64,000 nt of DNA, taken from an uncultured Ectothiorhodospiraceae bacterium. Lineage in GTDB: Bacteria; Pseudomonadota; Gammaproteobacteria; XJ16; Halofilaceae. Shown here in pieces: positions 1 through 9,687 of this stretch. The stretch lies in the NCBI GenBank assembly GCA_964478305.1, contig CAYZHJ010000003.1, positions 4,364-68,363 on the forward strand. Reading direction: 5' to 3'. The notes below the pieces were generated by a model. The model ran no database searches, was not told the DNA's origin, and worked only from the letters and a program-made list of their open reading frames with translations. Each line of letters begins with the position of its first letter. Position 1 is the stretch's first letter. The translations under genes and the position numbers were made by a program.

Positions 1-300
1 TCCTTCCACGCCGACGAGGTCCGCCTGACCGGCGAGAGCGGCATCTACCGGCAGCCCGTCGAGGTCGGCGGCGACGAACGCCTGGTCGACGTCGCCCGGG
101 TCGGCATGATGCTGCTCTATTTCCGGACCGATGAGCGTCAATACGGCTACGCCGTGCCGCGCGGCGAGGGCTGGGAGTACCACCTTGCCGGTGACCGTGG
201 TGCCGATGCGCGCATCGAATCGCTGTTCGATTCCCTGCAGAAGCAGGTCCGCACCGGTTTCTTCCGCCTTCCCAATCCGCTGTTCCCGGAGACACCGTGA
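1..300 (+). CDS. DUF3450-family protein (TtpB-like), 5'-truncated by the window edge
   Basis: Frame is open from base 1 (SFHADEVRLTGESGIYRQPVEVGG...DVARVGMMLLYFRT...LFDSLQKQVRTGFFRLP). It sits directly before a TtpC-like gene, the usual position of DUF3450. Confidence 0.75.
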   Translation, partial: SFHADEVRLTGESGIYRQPVEVGGDERLVDVARVGMMLLYFRTDERQYGYAVPRGEGWEYHLAGDRGADARIESLFDSLQKQVRTGFFRLPNPLFPETP

Positions 301-1745
301 TGTACCGCACTGCAAACGACCGCCGGCTCGCGTACCTGCTCTGGGTCGCGATCGCCTCGCTGGGCCTGGCCGTGGCGCCGGCGCATGCCGTCGAGGAGGT
401 CGCCGACGGCACCGGTGGTGCCGGTACCGGCACGGCGGACCCGGGCTCCGGCAATGGCGAAGCCGAAAAGGAACTGCGGTCGGCCTACCAGAAGGAATAC
501 GCCTTCCTGGTGGCGCAGAAACGGGAATTGCAGCAACGGATCGAGCAGTTCCGGCAGCAGTCGCAGTCCGCGCTCGCCGGCACACGCTCCGCCATCGATA
601 CCCTGCAGGAGGACGTGCTCGCGTACGAATCCGAGGCGGAATCCCTGCAGCAGCGCATCAACGACATGGAGCGCGAACGCGAGGCCGCCCGGCAGAATGC
701 CGACGTGCTCGCGGCCACGTTTCAGCAGGCGGCCGCGCTGTTCTCCGAGCATGACAGGCCCTTCATGAACACCGACGCGTTCAATGAGCAGTCCGACGCC
801 GAGCGCCTGGCGGGCGTGTTCTCAGGTGCCCGCGAACTGCTCGACGATCTCGGCTCGGTGCGCAGCGAGCCGGGCGGCTTCTACGACCGGGAGGGCTCGC
901 GCGTGGAAGGCACCGTCGTGCACTTCGGAGACGTGGCGGCCTACGGCATGGCCGACGATGTCGCCGGCGTACTCGCCCCCGCCGGTGGTGGCGAATTGAA
1001 GATCTGGAAAGAGCCGGCCCCGGAGGTCGCGCGGGCCATGGCAACCGGCACGATGCCCCCGACGCTGAGCCTGTTCATGTACCAGTCGCTCGATCAGGCG
1101 GTCTCGGGCAGCGGCGAGAAGACGCTGCTCGACATCATCCGCAGCGGTGGCGTCATCGCCTGGGTGATCGTCGGCCTGGGCGGTATCGCGGTGCTGCTGA
1201 TCCTGGCGCGAATCGTCTTCCTCAAGCGGGCCAGCGCCAGCACCCGGCAGATCGTCGACGCCGTCGGCGGCAAGGTGCGGGCGCACGATCTCGAAGGGGC
1301 GCTGGAGGTCTGCCAGGCCCGCAAGGGCTCGACCGCCGCCGTCGTGGCCGCGGCCCTGCGCAACATCGAGCGCGAGCGCGAGCAGCTCGACGACATCATC
1401 AACGAAGCGATCCTGCACGAGAGCACGCATCTCGAGCGCTTCGGTTCCCTCATTCTCGTGATCGCCGCCGTTTCGCCGCTGCTCGGTCTGCTCGGCACCG
1501 TCACCGGCATGATCTCGACCTTCGACGTGATCACCGAGTTCGGTACCGGCGATCCGAAGCTGCTGTCGGGCGGTATCTCGGTCGCACTGGTGACCACCGA
1601 GATCGGCCTGATCGTGGCGATCCCGGCATTGCTGATCGGCAACATCCTTTCCGGCTGGGCGGATCGCATCAAGGACGACATGCAGAAGGCCGCCTTGCGG
1701 GTCACCAACCTCTACCAGGAGACCGCGCTGCCGCGCGCCGCATGA
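297..1745 (+). CDS. Large MotA/TolQ/ExbB proton-channel protein (TtpC-like): signal peptide, periplasmic coiled coil, C-terminal ExbB domain
   Basis: Motifs 'AAVSPLLGLLGTVTGMISTF' and 'GGISVALVTTEIGLIVAIP'; N-terminal signal peptide; start overlaps the upstream stop. Confidence 0.9.
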   Translation: MMYRTANDRRLAYLLWVAIASLGLAVAPAHAVEEVADGTGGAGTGTADPGSGNGEAEKELRSAYQKEYAFLVAQKRELQQRIEQFRQQSQSALAGTRSAIDTLQEDVLAYESEAESLQQRINDMEREREAARQNADVLAATFQQAAALFSEHDRPFMNTDAFNEQSDAERLAGVFSGARELLDDLGSVRSEPGGFYDREGSRVEGTVVHFGDVAAYGMADDVAGVLAPAGGGELKIWKEPAPEVARAMATGTMPPTLSLFMYQSLDQAVSGSGEKTLLDIIRSGGVIAWVIVGLGGIAVLLILARIVFLKRASASTRQIVDAVGGKVRAHDLEGALEVCQARKGSTAAVVAAALRNIEREREQLDDIINEAILHESTHLERFGSLILVIAAVSPLLGLLGTVTGMISTFDVITEFGTGDPKLLSGGISVALVTTEIGLIVAIPALLIGNILSGWADRIKDDMQKAALRVTNLYQETALPRAA

Positions 1746-2386
1746 ATCCGATGCTGGCCGATGTCATCGACAAGGTGGTGTTCTACTTCACCCAGGGTGG
1801 CTGGGTGATGCCGCCGCTGGCGGTCGCCTGCCTGCTGATCTGGTTCGGTATCGGCTACCGCGCGTCGGTGCTGCGGCGCCCCGATCGCCGCAGCGTGCGC
1901 CGCCTGATCGAGAAGCACGAGACCGGTCGGCACGATGTTGCGAATGGCCTGGTCGAGCAGGCGGTGGTGCGCGCACTCGGGATTCGTGACCGCCGACCGC
2001 CGCACCTGCGGCGCTGGCTGGACGATGCCCTGGCCGAGGACGAGCAGGCCCTGACGCGTTACTCGCGCATGGTCAAGTCGTTCGTGGCGGCAGCACCGAT
2101 TCTCGGCCTGCTGGGCACCGTGATCGGCATGATCGAGACCTTCGAGTCGCTGGGCGACATGAACCTGTTCTCGCAGTCCGGTGGCATCGCCGGTGGTATC
2201 TCGCAGGCCCTGTTCACGACCCAGCTCGGACTCGCGGTGGCCATCCCGGGCCTGTTGATCAACGGTCTGCTCGAGCGCCGGGCACGCGAGATGTCGACCG
2301 AGCTCGCGCAGATCAAGGACATCCTCTGCGGCGAGTCCTCGCACCAACCGCCTCAACCCGGCCCGGAGGGCAGCGTTCCATGCTGA
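1742..2386 (+). CDS. exbB: MotA/TolQ/ExbB family protein
   Basis: 'APILGLLGTVIGMIETF' and 'GGISQALFTTQLGLAVAIP'; ATGA overlap with the previous gene. Confidence 0.9.
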   Translation: MNPMLADVIDKVVFYFTQGGWVMPPLAVACLLIWFGIGYRASVLRRPDRRSVRRLIEKHETGRHDVANGLVEQAVVRALGIRDRRPPHLRRWLDDALAEDEQALTRYSRMVKSFVAAAPILGLLGTVIGMIETFESLGDMNLFSQSGGIAGGISQALFTTQLGLAVAIPGLLINGLLERRAREMSTELAQIKDILCGESSHQPPQPGPEGSVPC

Positions 2387-2790
2387 TGCGCAGCCGCAAG
2401 AGCGAGAGCACCGAGAACATCGACATCTCGCCGCTCATCGACATGGTCTTCATCCTGCTGATCTTCTTCATGGTCAGCACGACGTTCATCAAGGACATGG
2501 ACCTCGACATCGACCGGCCGACGGCGAAGAGCGCCGACCAGGCCTCGACCAGGGCGATCCGTGTCCATATCGATTCCGGCGGTGATACCTACCTCGACGG
2601 CGATCCGATCCAGACCTGGATGATCCAGAGCCGCCTGCGTGAATTGCTGCAGGCGTCCACATCGAATGCGGTACTGATCGTGACCGATGACAGCGTGCCG
2701 GCAAGGCGTTTGGTCGAGGTGGTGGACCAGGCCCGGCTCGCCGGCGGCGAGGTGGGTGTCGCAACAGAGGAGGAGGCAGGCAGCGCCTGA
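2380..2790 (+). CDS. exbD: Biopolymer transport protein ExbD
   Basis: 'IDISPLIDMVFILLIFFMVSTTF' signature. Confidence 0.93.
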   Translation: MLMRSRKSESTENIDISPLIDMVFILLIFFMVSTTFIKDMDLDIDRPTAKSADQASTRAIRVHIDSGGDTYLDGDPIQTWMIQSRLRELLQASTSNAVLIVTDDSVPARRLVEVVDQARLAGGEVGVATEEEAGSA

Positions 2791-2804
2791 CCTGCAGCAA
2801 CCAA

Positions 2805-3452
2805 ATGAGCCTGAACGACATGAATCCGAAGACACGTCACAAGCTTTCCGCAGCGGCCACCACCGTGATCGGCACGTTCATCGTGTTCGGGGTGGTGATC
2901 ACCATGAACGAACTCTCGCGGCCACCGAAGGACGAGATCCGCGAGCGCAAGACCAGTTTCCGGGTCGAGCAGCCGGAGCAGGAGCCGCAGCAGATCGTGC
3001 AGAAGTCCGAACCGCCGCCGAAGCAGGAGCCCACCGCGCCGCCGCCGCCCATGGCCAGTCTCGACTCGGCCATTGGCAGCGTGGACATCCCGATCCCGGG
3101 CTTCGACATGTCCCAGTTCAATGCCATGGCCGGTTCCGGTGCCTCGTCCGACCAGGATCTCGTGATGACCGACGACACGGTCGACGAACCGCCGCGGCCA
3201 TTGCGTCAGGCGCCGATGCAGTACCCGACCTCGGCCAAGGTCCGGGGCGTCGAGGGCTACGTGCTCGTCAGCCTGCTGATCGGCGAGAACGGGGAAGTCC
3301 AGAAGGTGCGGGTGCTGGAGTCCAGTCCGGGTGGCGTGTTCGAGGGCGTCACGGTGGATTCGATCCGCAACTGGCAGTTCGAGCCCGCCAGGTACCAGGG
3401 CGAGCGGGTCCGCGTCTGGGCGCGCCAGAAGATCCGGTTCGATCTGGGGTGA
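2805..3452 (+). CDS. tonB: Energy transducer TonB
   Basis: N-terminal TM helix, Pro-rich linker, TonB C-terminal domain 'YPTSAKVRGVEGYV...WQFEPA'. Confidence 0.9.
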   Translation: MSLNDMNPKTRHKLSAAATTVIGTFIVFGVVITMNELSRPPKDEIRERKTSFRVEQPEQEPQQIVQKSEPPPKQEPTAPPPPMASLDSAIGSVDIPIPGFDMSQFNAMAGSGASSDQDLVMTDDTVDEPPRPLRQAPMQYPTSAKVRGVEGYVLVSLLIGENGEVQKVRVLESSPGGVFEGVTVDSIRNWQFEPARYQGERVRVWARQKIRFDLG

Positions 3453-3455
3453 CCG

Positions 3456-4694
3456 ATGGAGTCCTGCGTGCAGCCATTCCGCCGTCCTCTGCTCCGGGCG
3501 GCGGTACTCATCGTCGCATGCCTGTTTCCCGGGGCGGCCGCCTGGGCGGATGACGATGATACGAGCGATGAGGTCGATTACGTCGAGCTCGCCGCACGGC
3601 TGGTGGCCGACGGCCATTTCGGCCGGGCCGACGCCGCCATGCGCAACGTCGATCCGGAATCGGAGAACGTCGATCGCGCGCGCTACTACACCCTGCGCGG
3701 CCTGATCGACCTGCGCCGGGAACAGCCGCGGGCCGCGATCGAGGCCCTGGACCGGGCGCTCGAGGCGCACCGCGAGAAGGCGGCGGGGGAGGATGCCTCG
3801 GAGGAGAAGCGTGCGGAGGCAGGACGTGACCGTCGCCTGGTCCATCTGTACCGGGCGCAGGCGTACTTCCGGCTGGAGGACTTCCGCAACACGCTTGCTG
3901 CACTCGATGGCGCCGGCGAGGTCGGCGATGCCATCCCCGCCGTCCATGAACTGCGGGCCCAGTCCCACTGGCAGCTCGACCGGCCGATCGGCGCGTTCGC
4001 CGCGCTCAACCGCGGGTCGTCCCGTTTCCCCGACGATGGCCGTTTCCTGCGGCGCAAGGTCTTCTACCTGATCTCGCTCGGATTCCACCGCGAGGCCGCA
4101 GAGGCCGGCCGCCGCTACCTCGATGTCGCCGAGCCCGGCCCGGAGGACTACGTCGCCATCGGCAGTTCGCTGCGCAAGAGCGGCCAGTTCGCCGCGGCCC
4201 TGACGATCCTCGAGCGGGCCAGGCTGCGGCATCCGCGCGACCGCTCCATCGGCCTGGCGCTGGCCCACGTCTACCTGGACCAGGAGCGGATCTCGACGGC
4301 GGCCGACTTGTTCGCGCAGGTCGCGGTGCACCATCCCGGCGTGGTGCCGGAGGCCGCGGAACTGCAGCGGCGCGCCGGCCGGCTCCACCGCGCGCTCATG
4401 CTCAACGCCTCGATTACCGACCAGGCGAAGAAGTTCAAGCAGCGCCTGGCGATCTTCATCGCCATGGAGCGCTGGGACATGGCCGCGTCCATGGGCGACG
4501 CGCTCGGTCGTCACGGCCTGCTCGACGATGACGAGACGCGTTATGCCCTTGCCTACTCGCTGTTCAAGGCCGGCGAGCTCGAGTCGGCCGAGCAGCAGCT
4601 GGCCGGCCTCGGCAAGGGCGAGCTGTTCCGCAAGGCCACGGAACTGCGCAAGGCGATACAGAACTGCCGCGATGCCCGCTGGAAGTGCACCTAG
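3456..4694 (+). CDS. Exported tetratricopeptide-repeat protein (TtpD-like)
   Basis: Signal peptide ending AWA; helical TPR-like repeats; follows tonB as in TtpC-type operons. Confidence 0.75.
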   Translation: MESCVQPFRRPLLRAAVLIVACLFPGAAAWADDDDTSDEVDYVELAARLVADGHFGRADAAMRNVDPESENVDRARYYTLRGLIDLRREQPRAAIEALDRALEAHREKAAGEDASEEKRAEAGRDRRLVHLYRAQAYFRLEDFRNTLAALDGAGEVGDAIPAVHELRAQSHWQLDRPIGAFAALNRGSSRFPDDGRFLRRKVFYLISLGFHREAAEAGRRYLDVAEPGPEDYVAIGSSLRKSGQFAAALTILERARLRHPRDRSIGLALAHVYLDQERISTAADLFAQVAVHHPGVVPEAAELQRRAGRLHRALMLNASITDQAKKFKQRLAIFIAMERWDMAASMGDALGRHGLLDDDETRYALAYSLFKAGELESAEQQLAGLGKGELFRKATELRKAIQNCRDARWKCT

Positions 4695-4725
4695 TACCGC
4701 CGATCCGCTACCCGGAGAACTCGAG

Positions 4726-7700
4726 ATGAAGCGCGTCCCCGCCCTGGTCCTCGGGCTGTTCCTGTCGCTCGCCTCCGTGACGGCGTCCGCGGGCCCGGCG
4801 GAGGTCGTGCTGATCCTGTTCGAGGACGGGCTGCCGGTGCCGAAGGTGTCGTTCGAACTCGACGGCGACACGCTCGGCCAGACCGGCGATGACGGCGGCC
4901 TGGTGACCCGGATCCCCGCCGGGCGTCACGACGTCCGCCTGCTGCGCGAAGGCGAGACGCTGACCGAGCTCGACCTGCTGGTGGACGAGGACGAGTCGGT
5001 GCAGATCATCGGCTCGGTCGCGGCCGACGGCACGGTCGAGATCGATATCGAGGCTTCCGGCGGGGCACGGGGACGGGTTCGCAGCAGCGAGGACGAGCAG
5101 GTCGCCGATCCCGGCGCCCTGAGCGGCCGCGTGGTCTCCGCCGAGAACGGCGATCCCGTCTCCGGCGCGAAGATCTACTTCTCCGGCGTCGAGGTGAGCG
5201 CGACCACGGATGTCGAGGGCAACTACGCCATCGAGCTGCCGGCCGGCAGTTACGAAGTCTCGGTGGTCCATCCGTCCTTCGCGACCCGGACGCTGGACAA
5301 TGTCCGCGTCATCGCCGGCAGGCAGGTCACCAGCAACATCGATCTCAGCCCCGCGGGCGTGCAGTTGTCCGAGTACGTCGTCACGGCGCCCTACGTCGAG
5401 GGGAGTGTCGCCGCGGTGTTCTCGCAGCAGCGCGAGTCCACCGGCGTCACCGACATCCTCGGTGCCGAGCAGATGTCGCGCGCCGGCGATTCCACCGCCG
5501 CCGACGCGCTCAAGCGCGTGACCGGCCTGACCATCGAGGACGGCAAGTTCGTGGTCATCCGCGGCCAGCCGGCGCGCTACACCATGACTCTCTGGAACGG
5601 TTCGCCCCTGCCGAGTCCGGATCCGATCAAGCGCATCGTGCCGCTGGACCTGTTTCCCACCGGCGTGCTGTCGCAGATCGGCGTGGAAAAGAGCTACGAC
5701 GCTCGTTATCCGGGTTCCTTCGGTGCCGGCCTGATCGCGCTGGAGACCGCCACCGCGCCGGAGGAACCGTTTGCGGAGATCTCGGTCAGTACCGGCCTCA
5801 ACACCATGAGCACCGGCGAGGACGGTTTCACCTACGCGGGCGGCGACACCGATTTCCTCGGATTCGACGACGGTACCCGAGAGCTGCCCGGTTCCCTGGA
5901 AGGGCTGCTCGGGCAGCCGGGCGTGAACAGCGGCGACCTGGAGGAGCCGGCGAAGAACCTGAGCAACACCTGGGCACTCGAGAACGAGACCCTGCCGCCC
6001 GACCTGGGGCTCGGCGTCAGTGGCGGCAACCGGTTCCGGGCCCTGGGAGGCACGCTCGGAATCCGCGGTTCCTTCAACTGGGACCGCAAGTACCGCTACA
6101 CCGAGCGCATCGATCGCGACTATGCGCTTGCCGGCGATGGCTCGCTGGTGGTGCGCAACGATCAGATCGACAAGCGTACCGACATGGATGTCGATCTCGG
6201 TGGCCTGTTCTCCGCCGAGCTGGACTGGGACGAGCATGTCGTTACCAGCAATACCTTCCTCATCCGCAAGACCCGGCAACGGGCGGAGGTGTCGGAGGGC
6301 ACGCGCGTGGTCAGCGATGATCTGTTCATTCGTGACTACCTGCTGGAATGGAACGAGCGCGAACTGCTGGCGCAGCAGTTCCTCGGCGAGCACGAATTCG
6401 ACCGCTTCACGCTCGACTGGCGCGCCATGCTCGCCGAGAGCTCGCGCGACTCGCCGGATCGGCGCAACTACATCTACCGGCGACAGAGCAACGGCGAGTT
6501 CGTGTTCTTCAATCGCGGCGGCGCCCAGCGGCGATTCAGTGACAGCGAGGACGAAGTCGAGAGTCTCGATCTCGACCTGACCATCCCGATGATCGAACGG
6601 GAGTCGCTCGCTGTCGACCTGGGAACGGGTGTTTCCACCTTCAGCCAGGACCGGGAATCGCGTGTACGGCGGATCCGCATTGATGCGCTGCCGAATGCCG
6701 ATCTCACCCAGGATCCCGAAGACCTGCTGGATCCGGGCAACATCGGCGACACGCTCGAGGCCAACGACGACACCCAGACCAACGACAACTACCTGGGCGA
6801 CGCCGGCGTCGATGCCGTGTACCTGCGGGGCGACGTCGACTGGAACGATCGCTGGCGTTTCGTCGTCGGCCTGCGCCAGGAACGCTCGGAGTTCAACGTG
6901 CGGACCTTCGTGTCCGGCGGCAGCGGCGGCGGCCAGCAGGTCGAGGGCGGTTTCGAGCGGACCGACACCCTGCCGTCGCTCAACGCGACCTGGCGGTTTC
7001 GCGACGACATGCAGTTGCGCGGATCCTTCGGCACCACGATATCGCGCCCCGTGCTGAACGAGCTTTCGCCGGCACGCTACTTCGATCCGGACACGGGCGA
7101 GGAATTCCTCGGCAACCCGGATCTGGAGCCGGCCGAGATCGACAGCCTCGACCTGCGCTGGGAGTGGTACCTGTCCGACCGCGAATCGCTGTCGCTGGGC
7201 TACTTCACGAAGGACTACACCAACCCGATCGAGGAGAGCTTCGTCGGCGTCGGCGGATCGTCATTTCTGCGCCAGGTGCAGAATGCCGACAGCGCGAGCG
7301 TGTCGGGCATCGAGGCGAGCGGGCGTACCGACCTGCTGCGCCTGCTGGGGCCGCTGGGATTCGACGGCGACTGGACGACGAAGGTCTATGTCCAGGCCAA
7401 CATCGCCGCAATCGACTCCGAGGTGGAGCTCGCCAGTCAGAACCTGGCAACCAGCGCGAATCGCCCCCTGCAGGGCCAGGCCGACAGCATCTTCAACCTG
7501 CAGGTCGGCTACGACGGCGGCCGTCACGACGCCACCGTGTCGTTCAACCGGGTCGGCGAGCGTCTGCGGGTCGCCGGCGTGCAGGGCCAGCCCGACGTGT
7601 TCCAGGAGCCGGTTATCCAGCTCGACGCCAAGTACACCTATCGCTGGAGCGAGGATCTTCGGCTCGAGCTGAGCGGCTCCAACCTGCTCGACAGCGAGAT

Positions 7701-7782
7701 CGAGCTGCTGCAGGGCGGCGAGGTATACAGCCGCTACAGCCCCGGCATCGACATCGGCGCCACGCTGAAGTATCGCTTCTGA
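4726..7782 (+). CDS. TonB-dependent receptor with N-terminal carboxypeptidase-regulatory-like beta-sandwich extensions
   Basis: Signal peptide; 'GALSGRVVSAENGDPVSGA...GNYAIELPAGSYEV'; plug 'DALKRVTGLTI...VIRG'; 'GNPDLEPAE'; C-terminal 'LKYRF'. Start set at ATG 4726 after GGAG. Confidence 0.93.
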   Translation: MKRVPALVLGLFLSLASVTASAGPAEVVLILFEDGLPVPKVSFELDGDTLGQTGDDGGLVTRIPAGRHDVRLLREGETLTELDLLVDEDESVQIIGSVAADGTVEIDIEASGGARGRVRSSEDEQVADPGALSGRVVSAENGDPVSGAKIYFSGVEVSATTDVEGNYAIELPAGSYEVSVVHPSFATRTLDNVRVIAGRQVTSNIDLSPAGVQLSEYVVTAPYVEGSVAAVFSQQRESTGVTDILGAEQMSRAGDSTAADALKRVTGLTIEDGKFVVIRGQPARYTMTLWNGSPLPSPDPIKRIVPLDLFPTGVLSQIGVEKSYDARYPGSFGAGLIALETATAPEEPFAEISVSTGLNTMSTGEDGFTYAGGDTDFLGFDDGTRELPGSLEGLLGQPGVNSGDLEEPAKNLSNTWALENETLPPDLGLGVSGGNRFRALGGTLGIRGSFNWDRKYRYTERIDRDYALAGDGSLVVRNDQIDKRTDMDVDLGGLFSAELDWDEHVVTSNTFLIRKTRQRAEVSEGTRVVSDDLFIRDYLLEWNERELLAQQFLGEHEFDRFTLDWRAMLAESSRDSPDRRNYIYRRQSNGEFVFFNRGGAQRRFSDSEDEVESLDLDLTIPMIERESLAVDLGTGVSTFSQDRESRVRRIRIDALPNADLTQDPEDLLDPGNIGDTLEANDDTQTNDNYLGDAGVDAVYLRGDVDWNDRWRFVVGLRQERSEFNVRTFVSGGSGGGQQVEGGFERTDTLPSLNATWRFRDDMQLRGSFGTTISRPVLNELSPARYFDPDTGEEFLGNPDLEPAEIDSLDLRWEWYLSDRESLSLGYFTKDYTNPIEESFVGVGGSSFLRQVQNADSASVSGIEASGRTDLLRLLGPLGFDGDWTTKVYVQANIAAIDSEVELASQNLATSANRPLQGQADSIFNLQVGYDGGRHDATVSFNRVGERLRVAGVQGQPDVFQEPVIQLDAKYTYRWSEDLRLELSGSNLLDSEIELLQGGEVYSRYSPGIDIGATLKYRF

Positions 7783-7836
7783 TCGCCTCGCGCGCGCGGC
7801 CCTTCCATCGTGAATAGCACAGACGGGGCAATGACC

Positions 7837-7892
7837 TTGTCACGCGAACGACACATGGCTGCAAGCGGCTCGAAACATCACTGCCGTAACCT
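7837..7892 (+). promoter_or_regulatory. Putative PhoB-dependent promoter (four Pho-box units plus -10)
   Basis: TTGTCAC-N4-ACGACAC-N4-CTGCAAG-N4-TCGAAAC at 11-bp periodicity (7837-7876), then TAACCT (7887-7892) exactly 10 bp downstream. Confidence 0.6.
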
Positions 7893-7943
7893 GCCCCGGA
7901 ATTGCCGCAAAGGCATGTTCCCGAGAGACCCTGGAGGCACACC

Positions 7944-9551
7944 ATGCACTATCCGAAGACGAAACTGGCTTTTGCGGTCGTCGCAAGCGCCGGCCTGGCC
8001 GCCTGTGGCGGTGGCAGCAGTGGTGGCGGGGGTGGCGGCACGACCGGCCCCGATTCGCAGAACTGGCAGACCGACTTCAGCAATACCGATCGCTACGAGG
8101 TGAACGAGGCTCCGGGTGGTTTCTCGATCAACATGTCCACCCTGGCGATCAACACGAGCGAGACCACCAGCGGCGAGTTCGACGGTCCGTTCAGCACGGA
8201 TGCGGGCGAGTCCGCGACGCCGGATGACTATTTCGGTGCAGTGGATCCGGCTGCTCCCGCCGCCGACGACGATCCGGGCAACGCCGGGCCGTTCTGGGAC
8301 GGCTGGACGATCCGTGATGCGGACATCGAGGGCAATCTGCCGGGATCGAATCCGTTCCATCCGCTCCAGGCCGACATCGGCGGCAGCATCACCGGCAACG
8401 ACACCAGCATCACGGGCACGAACTGCGATGCGGTCTCGACCGACTTCACGTATGGCGGCTCCATCACGATCTTCGGCGAAGACTTCCCGATCTGTGTCAT
8501 TTCGGGCGACGACCTGGATGGCAACATCAACCTCACCAATGATCATGTCTACGTGCTCGACGGCACGGTCCAGGTCGGCAACGGGGACGAGGAGGAAGCC
8601 CACGAGAACGGTACGCTCACGGTCGACAACTTCACGCTGACGATCGAGCAGGGCACGCAGGTCTTCGGCGCATCGGACACCGATCCCTCGCTCGTGATCA
8701 CCCGCGGTTCTCAGATAGATGCCCAGGGCACGGCGGCCGAGCCGATCATCTTCGGTGCGGTGGCATTCGACCCGGGCGCCAATCCGGTCATCACCGACGA
8801 TCCGACCGACCTGGGCGGCCGCGGCGACTGGGGCAGCCTGGTCATCTCCGGCTACGGCGTGATCAACAATCCCGACAGCAACGACCAGACCACGACCGAG
8901 GCGGTCCCGGACGGCGTCACTCGCTGGTTCGGCGGCACCGACAACAACGACTCCAGCGGCACCGTCCGCCATGTTGTGCTGGCCGAGACCGGCGAGGCCT
9001 TCCGGCCCGACGAGGAGGTCCAGGGCCTGACGATCGAGGGGGCCGGTTCCGGCACCACCATCGAATACGTGCAGGTCACCAACTCCGACGACGACGGCAT
9101 CGAGTGGTTCGGTGGAGCCGCCAGTGCGCGTTACCTGGTGCTCCAGGGCGTGACCGACGATTCGCTCGACATCGATCTCGGCTACCAGGGCACCATCCGG
9201 AACGCACTGGTGATCCAGGGCGACGCCCACGGCGACCGCGGCATCGAGTCGGACAACAACGGCAGCGACTTCGGCGCCACGCCGAAGACTTCGCCGGTGA
9301 TGGCCAATCTGACCATCCTCGGCAATGCCGGCAACGGTGGCACGGCCGACGCCAACACGATGGGCGCGCTCCATCGCGAGGGCTTCGGCGGCCAGGTCTA
9401 TCGCTCGGTCTATGCCGACGACTCGATCAACGGCGGCCAGTTCGATCTCGGCTGCCTCGACGTCGACGACGAGCTGGACGAGGATCTCGAGTACGGCGAC
9501 GTGCTGTTCAACTGCGCCGCGGGTGCGCTCGTCGACGACGACGACACCTGA
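7944..9551 (+). CDS. Very acidic lipoprotein with a predicted right-handed beta-helix
   Basis: Lipobox LAAC followed by a Gly/Ser linker; motifs 'YVLDGTVQVG', 'LTIEQGT', 'RGSQIDAQGTAAEPIIF', 'DDGIEWFGG', 'DDSLDIDLGYQG'; RBS GGAGG. Confidence 0.85.
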   Translation: MHYPKTKLAFAVVASAGLAACGGGSSGGGGGGTTGPDSQNWQTDFSNTDRYEVNEAPGGFSINMSTLAINTSETTSGEFDGPFSTDAGESATPDDYFGAVDPAAPAADDDPGNAGPFWDGWTIRDADIEGNLPGSNPFHPLQADIGGSITGNDTSITGTNCDAVSTDFTYGGSITIFGEDFPICVISGDDLDGNINLTNDHVYVLDGTVQVGNGDEEEAHENGTLTVDNFTLTIEQGTQVFGASDTDPSLVITRGSQIDAQGTAAEPIIFGAVAFDPGANPVITDDPTDLGGRGDWGSLVISGYGVINNPDSNDQTTTEAVPDGVTRWFGGTDNNDSSGTVRHVVLAETGEAFRPDEEVQGLTIEGAGSGTTIEYVQVTNSDDDGIEWFGGAASARYLVLQGVTDDSLDIDLGYQGTIRNALVIQGDAHGDRGIESDNNGSDFGATPKTSPVMANLTILGNAGNGGTADANTMGALHREGFGGQVYRSVYADDSINGGQFDLGCLDVDDELDEDLEYGDVLFNCAAGALVDDDDT

Positions 9552-9592
9552 TGCGTTGATCGCCCGCACCGTGAGCTGCCTGCGAAAGGACG

Positions 9593-9622
9593 AGGGGTGC
9601 TCCGTCAGGGGCACCCCTTTTT
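9593..9622 (+). terminator. Rho-independent terminator after the lipoprotein gene
   Basis: AGGGGTGCTCC-GTCA-GGGGCACCCCT followed by a T run. Confidence 0.8.
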
Positions 9623-9687
9623 CGTGGTCATTCCGCCGCCGGGCGGGCGTGCTGCGCATCCCCGCCGGGGTGCGACACGGGCAGGGC

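Noticed and set aside
4528..4725. Longer start for the TonB-dependent receptor
   Set aside because: Overlaps the TPR gene; the signal peptide and RBS begin at 4726.
2589..4871. 760-aa minus-strand ORF, and similar long ORFs at 7878-9857, 13260-15851, 16580-18895 and 49325-51631
   Set aside because: All are antisense to well-supported genes and lack motifs.
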